A stretch of 64,000 nt of DNA from an uncultured Nitrospiraceae bacterium (GTDB lineage Bacteria; Nitrospirota; Thermodesulfovibrionia; Thermodesulfovibrionales; Dissulfurispiraceae), in contig CAVSHF010000003.1 of NCBI GenBank assembly GCA_963727805.1, positions 768,001-832,000 on the forward strand, in the 5' to 3' direction. Below, one piece after another: positions 54,732-64,000 of the stretch (within the stretch, counting starts at the first letter, position 1; every line of letters starts with the position of its first letter). The translations under genes were made by a program, and so were the position numbers. The notes beneath the pieces are model-generated. The model was not told where the DNA came from and did not search any database. It saw only the letters and a list, made by a program, of their open reading frames with translations.

Positions 54732-56411
54732 TCAGGGTTGCAGCACAGAACCGTTATAAAAGACCTCACATTTGCCGCCCTGAACAATGCGTTTTGCCTT
54801 CCTGTAAAGATTGACAACCGGACCAGCAAGAGACTCGACCGCGTTCACCGCACCGACCTGGGGATTTCCGAAGGAACCGCTGATGCCTTGTTTGAATTTT
54901 GCGCATCCCTTTTCATCAAGAAGCGCCACAATAACATTGTCATATCGCTCATTGACAATATTAAGTTTGCCCTTCAGGGCAACTCTGTTGTGGTGTGTAG
55001 CAAGAGCGCAGTCCGTAGCGTCCGCCACACCGTCCTTGATCTTCCAGTGGGAGGTGAACTGTGTGATGACACCCTGCCCTCCCTGAGTCTGGTTATATAT
55101 ATTCCCATAACGGTAACCCTTGAGTGCAACACTACCAATGAGCGCAACACTACTGAGAGGGCCAGCTATGAATAAAGTGCCGAGGTCGACGAGGTTGAAC
55201 TTTTGACTTGTCTCATAGGCCGAAAGGACCTTGTCGAGGTCCATGGTATAAATGACGAGATTATTTCCCCGGAGAGCAAAAGTCCCGTCCATGCTGCTCA
55301 ATATATTGCGATTCCCTTTCTCTTTCATCGTCAAGGAAGCGTCCAGATCACCCTTTCCGCCGATCACCTTTTTTGAGCCGAAGGACTCTTCAAGTTTTGC
55401 GAAGTCCAGCTTCGATACCTTTAGATTGATTTTATACACGGCATCGTCTTCCGACTTGTCTGCTATGGCATCTCCTTCTCCCTTCGCACCGAAAATATCC
55501 ATGGTCAGCGGTATGAGGGAGATTACTCCCTTCTCCACTTTTACAGGACTCTTGACATTATCGATTTTGAGGTCTTTTTTACGCACCTCTTTGCAGTCGA
55601 TGGTTCCCGTGAATGAGATGTTCCTTATAATAACTCCTGAGGTATCCACCACGGAGAGATCCTTGATTGACACATTGATTTCTTTCAACTCGGTCTTATC
55701 ACCAGCCTTCTTATCAAAATAGACAAGCGTCCCGAGGGCGAGAGGTTCTAAATTATATATTCCCCTGACCACTTTCACTGGAGCTTTGAGATTCTCGATC
55801 CTGAAATCTTTTTGCAGTACCTCCTTGCAGTCCAGGCTTCCAGTAAACGAGATGTTCTTTATGATGTCCCCTGAGGTATCGGATATCAAGAGATCCTTGA
55901 TATCAAGATTGAAATCTTTGAATTCAGTCTTTTCACCTGTCTTCTTATCAAGATAGACTAGTGTCCCCTGGGACAGCCGGAGTTTATTCAAACTGAAAGC
56001 TGCTCCCTGCCCCTCTTCAGTCGGTTTCTTTTTCAATTCGAAATTATATTTTCCTTCGGTGTCTTTCACGATGGTAATAGTTGGGTTGACAAGCTCGCAG
56101 CCCGTGACTTTGAGTTGATTCTTCAGCAGAGGGATCAATTCCATCCCTAGCTTGAGGTTTTCGAGGGAAACGATTTCGTCTCCCCCACCGGCGATATGGA
56201 CATCATTAGCTGACACACCAAAAGGAAAGAAAGAGAGCCCCATCTTCCCATTGACCTTGACATTCAGACCGGTCACCTGGGATGCTGCAGTTTCAATGCG
56301 GGGCTTGTAGGCATTGATATCGAATAACAAGATAACGATAATGGCAGAGATGACGATCAGGGCGACGACAACGCCTGCGATCATCAGAACTTTTTTTCTT
56401 TCCATTCCCAT
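54732..56411 (-). CDS. AsmA-family protein with internal duplication
   Basis: N-terminal TM, FDINAYKPRIE..TG..V...G motif. Confidence 0.85.
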   Translation of the reverse strand: MGMERKKVLMIAGVVVALIVISAIIVILLFDINAYKPRIETAASQVTGLNVKVNGKMGLSFFPFGVSANDVHIAGGGDEIVSLENLKLGMELIPLLKNQLKVTGCELVNPTITIVKDTEGKYNFELKKKPTEEGQGAAFSLNKLRLSQGTLVYLDKKTGEKTEFKDFNLDIKDLLISDTSGDIIKNISFTGSLDCKEVLQKDFRIENLKAPVKVVRGIYNLEPLALGTLVYFDKKAGDKTELKEINVSIKDLSVVDTSGVIIRNISFTGTIDCKEVRKKDLKIDNVKSPVKVEKGVISLIPLTMDIFGAKGEGDAIADKSEDDAVYKINLKVSKLDFAKLEESFGSKKVIGGKGDLDASLTMKEKGNRNILSSMDGTFALRGNNLVIYTMDLDKVLSAYETSQKFNLVDLGTLFIAGPLSSVALIGSVALKGYRYGNIYNQTQGGQGVITQFTSHWKIKDGVADATDCALATHHNRVALKGKLNIVNERYDNVIVALLDEKGCAKFKQGISGSFGNPQVGAVNAVESLAGPVVNLYRKAKRIVQGGKCEVFYNGSVLQP

Positions 56412-56575
56412 CTCCTTAACTCCTTAATAAGCGCATCATTATTTAATTATATTTATATTTGCTCGTCGTGTAATGGCATTGTGCAATAGATGAACTTCAA
56501 GCAGTATGAGCCGGCAACAAATCGACAGAAAAGAGTTTCAACAAAAAGAGTTATTCAACAGTCTTGGGCCGAATT

Positions 56576-57964
56576 CTACAACCATTGGAGAAATAAATGC
56601 GCAAGCCATTCCTTGATCCTTGGTACCAGGGGTCTTCCTTGCCAATCTTCCCATTGAATTTCGTCGGACTCCGCAATATCTTTAGCAAACATTTTTTCCA
56701 TTTCAACAGCAAACTCGCGGCTCATAATAACCGCATTCACCTCGTCATTGCTTAAAAAGCTCCAGTAGTCCATGTTAGTAGAGCCGACTGTCGACCAGAC
56801 CTCGTCAATTACCGCTGTTTTTGCATGCAGCAGGGCGTTGCGGCGCTCGTAAACCTTCACCCCCGCCTTCAAAAGCTCCGAATAATTATGCCGCTGTGCA
56901 TTTAATGCGAACCAAGAATCGGTGATTGAGGGAACAATAATCCTTACGTCAACACCGCGTCTGGCAGCATCAGTGAAAGCCTTTCGTATCTGGTCATCGG
57001 GGATAAAATAGGCATTCGTCAGATGGACCGAATGCTCTGCAAAAGTAATGGCGGACACATACACTATAAAGGTGAGCCTGTAGGTCTGCCCCGGAGTGCT
57101 GCCAACGATCTGCACCAGATCATTTCCCACATCCTTCAGCTTAGGGAAATATTTCTGGTCTGAGAGGTCCGGCCCCTTCTGTTTCAGCCATGTCGCTATA
57201 AAGAGTTGCTGCAACTCAGCCACAGCCGGGCCTTCAATTTGAACATCTGTGTCACGCCAAGGTATCGGCGTCTTTTCTTGCTGTTCCCTCCGGAATGGTG
57301 AGCTCGAATAAACCGCACTGATGTTGACACCCCCTGTAAAAGCGACCTTGCCGTCGATGATCAAAATCTTGCGGTGATCTCGCTGAATGATGCCCCATTT
57401 CCCATGGGCCTTCAGTGGATTTATCTGGTTGAATTCGACAACCTGAATCCCCCCGTCCCGCAGGCGTTCGAAAAAAGAAGCAGTCGTCTTAGAGCTGCCC
57501 ACACTGTCATAAATGAGATTTACCTGAACGCCTTCGGCCTGTTTTTGCAGCAACAAATCAGCAAACTTGCGACCCATTTCATCACTTTCAATGATAAAGG
57601 TTTCAAAGTTGACATGGTCTTTGGCATTCTGTATTGCTTTGAACATGGCGGCGTATGTCGCCTGACCATCGACGAGCAGCGTGACTTTATTGCCCTTTGT
57701 CAGCGGGCTGTCGCTCACCGTTTCTATTACGGCACTTTGGCGTTCCAGGAGATCCGTCGGCTCGACTGATCCCTTCAGCCGTTCCACAATCGCCTTGCTT
57801 TTTTCGGGAGATAACAGTCCTTTGGCAGAAACGATTTGAGGCGATTCCTGGGCAGTGGCCCCTTCCATCATTTCAGACACCTGCGGCAAGCTCGCACATC
57901 CAGTGCCAAGACCGAAGATGATAATCGACAGAATGAACAAAAAGAAGGGCTTTATGATCCTCAT
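56576..57964 (-). CDS. cls: Cardiolipin synthase / phospholipase D family, with lipoprotein signal
   Basis: Two HKD motifs (HRKILIIDG, HAKTAVIDE); WRDTD, GSTNMD. Confidence 0.92.
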   Translation of the reverse strand: MRIIKPFFLFILSIIIFGLGTGCASLPQVSEMMEGATAQESPQIVSAKGLLSPEKSKAIVERLKGSVEPTDLLERQSAVIETVSDSPLTKGNKVTLLVDGQATYAAMFKAIQNAKDHVNFETFIIESDEMGRKFADLLLQKQAEGVQVNLIYDSVGSSKTTASFFERLRDGGIQVVEFNQINPLKAHGKWGIIQRDHRKILIIDGKVAFTGGVNISAVYSSSPFRREQQEKTPIPWRDTDVQIEGPAVAELQQLFIATWLKQKGPDLSDQKYFPKLKDVGNDLVQIVGSTPGQTYRLTFIVYVSAITFAEHSVHLTNAYFIPDDQIRKAFTDAARRGVDVRIIVPSITDSWFALNAQRHNYSELLKAGVKVYERRNALLHAKTAVIDEVWSTVGSTNMDYWSFLSNDEVNAVIMSREFAVEMEKMFAKDIAESDEIQWEDWQGRPLVPRIKEWLAHLFLQWL

Positions 57965-58175
57965 GTTATAATTTTTTCAAGAAATGATCTCATTCTCCAC
58001 ATCTCAGCAAACTCGCCCTGTCTCAATTTAATTCAGCGTTCAGCTTATTCCATATATCATTACCGGCCCTCGGGACCTATTGTGAGCAGCTTTGTTCTTG
58101 TGGCTCGTTCTGGATTGTGCTTAATGTGCCTCTTTGATGCCCTGCGCAGCTCCGCAGGGTTGAGCGTCCAGTCAC

Positions 58176-59123
58176 TCAGCGAAGCGCCGTCCCGATTAGC
58201 ATCTGGAGCGCCACCTGGTTCTTATGCTCCTCTGTCTTGAATCTGAGGTAGTCATTCTTTTCCAGATCGAAGAGCTGTTTTCGGTAACGGCTTGTAAGAT
58301 CATACCAGCTGCTAAGCCTCATGCTGAAACGACTTTCTTCGGCATAGTGCAACACGTCCATAAAGGACTGGATCGCAAAATAGTACCGGACAGCGTTGCG
58401 CTCGAGTGCTCCACGGGGACCGCCGATATAGACGGGATTGCCGCTGCTATCCGTTCCGCTCACCGTGAATCCCACCTTTCCCAGGCCGAGTGTTGCAAAG
58501 TAGATCTTTTCCGCTAAACGAAGAGAAATACCATAGTTGTAAGTATAACTGACACGGACAAAGGTGGTACCGCCGTCAAGTGGTATGGCCTCAAACCTCA
58601 TCTTGTGGTTCTTTGTGCCGAGAGGGCCTTCATCTGCATTAAGAACAATATCCATATAGTTCGGCTGTTGTTCAACGTTCCGGCAATAAAAGATAAAATT
58701 ATATGTGTCTGCCGGGGATTCGTAGACTTTTCGACCGAAGTAAAAGGTCAGCCCCCACGCGCCGGACATATCCCTGTAGGTGCACGCCTTGACATTGGGA
58801 TGGAGCGATACGATATCGCACCAGTTAGCTGGAATTTTGAGCACATTCAGAACGTTCCTGAAGGGATGATGGAAGATTCCGTAGACATCCACATGCACTC
58901 TGCCATCCTGATCAGAAGACTCCAGGTAGAGAGGGAACCCGAAGCTGGTTCTCTCCAGTTTGGCCTCGACCCTGTTATAGGTGTCAAGCAGGATGTCGTG
59001 CCCCTGGCGAGGTTCGACAGCATACGAGGAGCAGGCTGAAAAGAGAATCGCAGAGAGGACCATCAAGAGGAAGATTTTCGTGAGGGTACGACCCTTACGC
59101 ATCTGATTCATCTGACTCGCCAT
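58176..59123 (-). CDS. Hypothetical exported protein
   Basis: Signal peptide or lipobox; conserved-looking GG.RGALERN.VRYYFAI. Confidence 0.75.
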   Translation of the reverse strand: MASQMNQMRKGRTLTKIFLLMVLSAILFSACSSYAVEPRQGHDILLDTYNRVEAKLERTSFGFPLYLESSDQDGRVHVDVYGIFHHPFRNVLNVLKIPANWCDIVSLHPNVKACTYRDMSGAWGLTFYFGRKVYESPADTYNFIFYCRNVEQQPNYMDIVLNADEGPLGTKNHKMRFEAIPLDGGTTFVRVSYTYNYGISLRLAEKIYFATLGLGKVGFTVSGTDSSGNPVYIGGPRGALERNAVRYYFAIQSFMDVLHYAEESRFSMRLSSWYDLTSRYRKQLFDLEKNDYLRFKTEEHKNQVALQMLIGTALR

Positions 59124-59179
59124 TTTATGATAGAAACGCCTGGAATAGAACTCCTAACAGTGTGTACATATCTATCCGC

Positions 59180-60211
59180 TTAATCTCCGATATCGCTCAG
59201 CATGATAGCGAGCCCCCGTGTGTCTTCATAACTTTCCAGCGCGATCTTGACAAGACTGGTCATGGGCACCGAGAGGATCATGCCAATCGGTCCCAGAATC
59301 CATCCCCAGAAGACCAATGAAAGGAAGACAACCAGCGTTGACAAACTCAGGCCTTTGCCCATCAGTTTCGGCTCTATGATGTTGCCTACAAAAATATGCA
59401 CAATGACAAAGCCAAGTACTGTTAGCAGGGCGGTTACCTCCCCTAACTGCACGAGGGCAAGGAGGGCGACAGGCAGGGCAGCAATGATTGAGCCAATATT
59501 AGGTATATAGTTCAGCAAAAACGAGAGCATGCCCCAAAGCACTGGATAATCGACCCCAAGGATAAAGAGCCAACCCCAGATCACAACGCCAATGGCGGAG
59601 CTGATCAAGGTTTTAATGACCAAATAGCGCTTAGCACTCTGACTGAATTTATCGATAGTAGCTAGCGCCTTCTCCGGTTTTTTTACCACAGCTCGTAATT
59701 TCTTTGGAAAATCTTCTACCTCCAGAAGGATGAACACGACCGTAAGCAGGATCAGAAACGCATCTGCGAGGACACTGCTCAGGGTTGATAATATATTCCC
59801 CGCCAGGCTCATCACCCACCCCGGATGCAGAATACCGATCATCTCTCCTTCCGGAATATTAACGCCCTTTTCGCGCAACCAGCCTATTGAAGTGGCAATA
59901 TAGGTAGATAATCGTTCTTGATAGTCGGGAAGCGAGCTCAAGAAATTATTCAGCGAAGGACTTATCAATACTCCAAAAAGTAATCCTATAACCAGGACGG
60001 CCACCAAGATGAAAATAAGTGCCAGCACTCTCGGTAATCCCTTATTTTGTAACCAGAACAACGGTGGAGTGCAAATAACCGCAATGAACACCGCAACAAA
60101 AAAGGGAACCAGAAGTGAGCTGGCTGCCTTCATTCCCGCCACCACGATGACAAAGCTCGCAAGGATCACTAGTGCCGGAGGTTTGACCGCACGTTTTCCT
60201 TTATTGTCCAT
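59180..60211 (-). CDS. AI-2E family transporter
   Basis: LLNYIPNIGS, GNIIEPKLMG..L.LS, FWGWILGPIGMILSVP. Confidence 0.93.
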   Translation of the reverse strand: MDNKGKRAVKPPALVILASFVIVVAGMKAASSLLVPFFVAVFIAVICTPPLFWLQNKGLPRVLALIFILVAVLVIGLLFGVLISPSLNNFLSSLPDYQERLSTYIATSIGWLREKGVNIPEGEMIGILHPGWVMSLAGNILSTLSSVLADAFLILLTVVFILLEVEDFPKKLRAVVKKPEKALATIDKFSQSAKRYLVIKTLISSAIGVVIWGWLFILGVDYPVLWGMLSFLLNYIPNIGSIIAALPVALLALVQLGEVTALLTVLGFVIVHIFVGNIIEPKLMGKGLSLSTLVVFLSLVFWGWILGPIGMILSVPMTSLVKIALESYEDTRGLAIMLSDIGD

Positions 60212-60677
60212 TGCGGCCTCCAAATCTTTCTCTATTTAATTAGAAATTTGCAAGACACGTAGTACGAGTTAAGTATGACATATAAATTCTACCTTACCTT
60301 GTTGGTCTTTTATTTGAGAGAATATTACACTGTATACGGCCCGATGCCTTTTCCTGAGTAGGGAAGTCATCGCGCGCTTCTTCAATGGTTTCGACGTCAG
60401 GGGTGGGATGATTGTAAAAATTCGGGCCATAGTTGTATGAGTCACTGTTGAAGCGCGTTTTCCACAATCCGGCACGCGGAAATCTGATAACATAATCATC
60501 GCGATTTTCATTTGTTATATTAACTACAACAACTACACTATCAGTTGGGCTTTGTTTGTCCTAGCGATGGAAAGCGATGAGCTTTTCCTCTCTGTTATAA
60601 TGATAGTTGAGGATGTTTTGACCGCACTAACCCCGTGTCACACCCGATCGGTTGCGCCGCAAGGAGATCAGATCCCG

Positions 60678-62070
60678 TTACATGTCTAAAATACCGTTTT
60701 CGGCCTCAGTTCGAGACCAATCAATTGGAATTTTGTCCTGAAACCAGCGATCTTCCAATAGCTCTTGCCCCTGAAAAATCATCGGGATGTCTGGCGAAGT
60801 AAGGACAATAGCGGCGCCCAAAGTGGAACGTTTCTTAGAAAACCAACTGTCCACTTTACCCGGCCATATTTCCTCCGGCACGCGGGCCCGACCATTGGCA
60901 ATCTCGTCGTGCGACTCAGTATAAATAATCCGCCGGAAAACATCTAAATCGTAGCGATGTTCGATCGCTGTTCTGACTGCACCAAATCGCGGACTTTATC
61001 ATCACGGGAGATGACGGCCTGGCGAACGGGATGAACAAATTCGGCATCCCATTGCGCATTGAAGCCTGCGCCGCCAGCTCCTACATCTTTAACTACCCAG
61101 GGTTATTCCTCTACTTTCTCCGATGCTTATTTTGCCTGGATACAACCGTTGGATTTCTTCGTTGATCCACTGCTTAACCAGCCTTCGGGAATATCATTAG
61201 CACGGTCCTCTAAATTACCGTCTATGCTTAAGATATAGGTAATCATGTCTCATCGTCAGCCTCGGCGTGGTAATCCTCAAACCACATCAGAGCGTTATCG
61301 CGTAGGTATTGGCGCACTTCGCCCCGACTATAATCCGGGCGCGTGTCACCCCAGGGCGGTGAGCGCATCGATCATTGTAAAAGTAAATTCCCCCCTTCTC
61401 ATTTTCACCCCAACCGTCAAACTGCCACAAATCAAGATCGCCGGGGCCTAAGTGATTGTAAACCCATCCACAATGACGGCAATACCATGCTCGTGGGCTG
61501 CTCTAACCAATCGCTTAAAGGCATCCGGCCCACCATAAACACTTTCAACAGCAAAGGGATGACACGGATTGTAGCCCCACGAAAAGTCACTGAAAACTCC
61601 GCGATCGGCATCACTTCTACTGCATTGATACCCAGTTGTTGAAGATAGGGTAGTTTTTCAATGGCACTGTCAAACGTGCCCGGCTGCCCCTCTTCTTTAA
61701 CATTAAATGTGCCGATATGCATCTCGTAAATGACAAGCTCATCGCCTGTGGCCATGTGGAAGTTGTTATTGCCCCAGTCGAACGCCTTGGGATCATAGAT
61801 AATTCCGTTGCCAGTTGCGTTTGTAACTTTTCTGGCATATGGGTCAATGCGAGAAAGGGGGCCCTTTAGCCCGTGGAGCAAGTATCTGTACTCATCTCCT
61901 GCTTTGGCCTCTGACACCTCAGTCGACCAGTAACCGTTCTTTTCTCCGAATAAAGAGGTTGCGGTCTCGTTCCAGTCATTGAAGGTTCCGATCACACAGA
62001 CTTTTTCAGCATTGAATGCTCATACTCGAAAAGTTACACCCTTTGCATTGACGATGGCTTCTATGTCAAG
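60678..62070 (-). pseudogene. Decayed GH13 glycogen-branching/alpha-amylase-family gene
   Basis: GVTFRV*AFNA (TGA 62020-62022 at conserved W), [38 protein letters not shown] spread over several frames. Confidence 0.85.
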
Positions 62071-62196
62071 CTGCTTGCTCACAGTGTTAGTTTATTGTTT
62101 TCTCTTCCCAATTTTATCGATCCGGTTGGTTCATGTTCAGCTCCGATCGCAGGTCGTTGGTCGTTTTCCGTATTTACGAGCCCACTGTGGCACATC

Positions 62197-62379
62197 CTAG
62201 TAGCGACCCTCATGTTCTCCGTGCTCTTCTCCGTGTCCTTCTCCGTGTCCACCTTGATCGCGATCTCCATACCCGCCGCGATCACGATCCCCATATCCTC
62301 CGCGATCAACTTCCGCGATACAGCTACAACATGCGATCAACATAATCGCGGCAAGAATTAACAGAAGCATTCTTCTCAT
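62197..62379 (-). CDS. Small low-complexity lipoprotein
   Basis: Signal peptide plus Cys; DRGGYGDR and HGE repeats; GGAGG RBS. Confidence 0.7.
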   Translation of the reverse strand: MRRMLLLILAAIMLIACCSCIAEVDRGGYGDRDRGGYGDRDQGGHGEGHGEEHGEHEGRY

Positions 62380-62420
62380 AGCATCCTCCTATTGAAATTA
62401 AAATACCACTTTTCATCTTC

Positions 62421-62444
62421 AAAAAAAAAAAAAAAAAAAAAAAA
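62421..62444. other. Poly-A run, probable artefact
   Basis: About 24 consecutive A. Confidence 0.5.
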
Positions 62445-62470
62445 CTCTTTTTCGAATAATTTCCGACTCT

Positions 62471-62662
62471 TCACTTCCCGATACGGATAGTTGAGAGGTT
62501 TCCTATCAGTCCGAAGACATTCAATAGCCAGACAATCACTGCAATAATTACTACCACATTCAAGATTTTCTTTATGGTAGCCTGCATCGGGATGTAGCTG
62601 TTAATCACCCAGAGAACCACCCCAACGACTACTAAAACAATCACTAATTGAATCAATGGCAT
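62471..62662 (-). CDS. Thivi_2564-like small membrane protein
   Basis: LVVVGVVLWVINSYIPMQATIKKILNVVV..WLL.VFG. Confidence 0.85.
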   Translation of the reverse strand: MPLIQLVIVLVVVGVVLWVINSYIPMQATIKKILNVVVIIAVIVWLLNVFGLIGNLSTIRIGK

Positions 62663-62748
62663 AGTATTCTCCTTTTATAATTTCCTTGTGCCCCATTAAC
62701 GACAGCATTCAAGCCCGGTTTCGAGATCTCAACTCAGTGCCGTGTTAC

Positions 62749-63027
62749 TTACTTAACATGGGCCTCTTGCTCCGGAGTCTCGTTTGTTAAGGTCTCTTCC
62801 ACTAATTCAACGATATTTTGTCCCTTTGCTTGCAAGTCGCTGCAAAATAGCTTGATCTCTTTTTTAGCTTGCTCTCCCGTATACCCATATTTCTCCTGCA
62901 GAAGGCCCGGCAGTTTGGCCAGTTTCACGTCAACCGTATCGAGATCTTTGTCAGTGAGTACTCCCCATCGCTGTTTTACAGCCGCCCTTAATTGTTTCAA
63001 CCTGTCCTGCAGTGTGTCACTATTCAT
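62749..63027 (-). CDS. CsbD/YjbJ-family stress protein
   Basis: MN.D.L....KQL...VKQRWG.LTD.DL..L.GLLQEKYGY. Confidence 0.85.
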   Translation of the reverse strand: MNSDTLQDRLKQLRAAVKQRWGVLTDKDLDTVDVKLAKLPGLLQEKYGYTGEQAKKEIKLFCSDLQAKGQNIVELVEETLTNETPEQEAHVK

Positions 63028-63158
63028 CGATTTTTCCTCCTTTCAGTTTCCCTCGTTCACTTGTAACTGAAGCATTTCTCAAAGACCTTTGGAAAATGGA
63101 ATTCGCGGTTCTGATCGCCTTTCTGAGATATGGCCCCCCAACCCGCCTGCACAACTCT

Positions 63159-63311
63159 CTAAAGCCGACCCAGCAGCAAAAGGATGATCAGAATCAGCAG
63201 GACCAAGCCCAGCCCTCCGCTCGGGTAGTATCCCCATTGCCGGCTGTGGGGCCATGTTGGCAGTGCGCCCAGCAGCATCAAAATCAGGATGATGATCAAA
63301 ATCGTAATCAT
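63159..63311 (-). CDS. DUF3309-family small membrane protein (50 aa)
   Basis: Manual translation MITILIIILILMLLGALPTWPHSRQWGYYPSGGLGLVLLILIILLLLGRL; AGGAG RBS. Confidence 0.9.
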   Translation of the reverse strand: MITILIIILILMLLGALPTWPHSRQWGYYPSGGLGLVLLILIILLLLGRL

Positions 63312-63441
63312 ATCACTCCTCCTTTTTTATAAGACTACGTTCTCCTTGATGGAAGCGATCACCAATCCCGCTCATTTGAACCTCGATATCGCTTCTTGGC
63401 AAGCAGTCTTGACTTCAGACCAGACTTTTTCCGCTTCAGTT

Positions 63442-63578
<137 letters not shown>

Positions 63579-63812
63579 TCTTCCATTCTCATTCATTTTA
63601 TACAGAATTTTAAAAAATACAACGCTGCCCTAGTTGATCTTTATCCTTAGCATATAATATATGGGAGCGATTTCTTTTTGTAATACTCATCAAACGTCAT
63701 CTCGCAGGAGTAGACTTTTCGCTTTCTTATCGATAATCCTATCTCGAGCCAATGTAGACGATGTTGTCAGAAACTACCAGGAAGACGTAAAGTAAATCTG
63801 GATCGTGAACGC

Positions 63813-64000
63813 ATGGAAAAATCGACGCATAGTCTAAGAATCATCGCTGCCGTCTTCACCTTGGTCATGGCTCTCGGCATAGGGGGCTTTATGATCACCG
63901 AGGGCATGTCGTTTGCTGATGCCCTATACTTCAGTGTCGTGACGGTGACAACGGTTGGCTACGGCGACATCACACCGAAGTCAGGCGCTGGAAGGATCCT
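63813..64000 (+). CDS. Two-TM potassium channel family protein (5' partial, runs off window)
   Basis: DALYFSVVTVTTVGYGDITP selectivity-filter signature. Confidence 0.92.
   Translation, partial: MEKSTHSLRIIAAVFTLVMALGIGGFMITEGMSFADALYFSVVTVTTVGYGDITPKSGAGRI

Noticed and set aside
62020..62022. In-frame TGA in the GH13 gene as possible recoding
   Set aside because: It replaces a conserved Trp, not Cys; other genes use TGA as stop; the gene has additional frameshifts.

Overview
Bacterial accessory region, probably from an anaerobe; the taxon cannot be fixed from sequence alone. Left end (1-7.3 kb): a Mo/W and formate module with Mop, a selenocysteine formate dehydrogenase alpha subunit (in-frame TGA plus SECIS hairpin, split in the ORF track), a ModE-type HTH regulator and three TupA-like binding proteins. 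Next come a GC-rich katG that looks like an integron gene cassette (attC at 11712-11768) and a Fur/PerR regulator. The middle (15-40 kb) is a mobile-element hotspot with two different IS21-family elements, two near-identical IS110 elements carrying a recognisable bridge RNA, and an ORF-less group II intron. The most notable observation is a family of 9-10 fixed-length, non-attC repeats: promoter arm, CTACTTATAATC, a ~30-nt imperfect hairpin, then ATGTT(T/A)C and GG(A/T)AAT. They separate small, unrelated, co-oriented genes like a cassette array. Both IS110 copies and the intron sit inside these repeats, and the IS110 bridge-RNA guides match the repeat core. The right part holds signalling genes, a general-stress-type cluster (AsmA, cardiolipin synthase, AI-2E, decayed GH13, CsbD, DUF3309), homopolymer artefacts and the start of a K+ channel gene.
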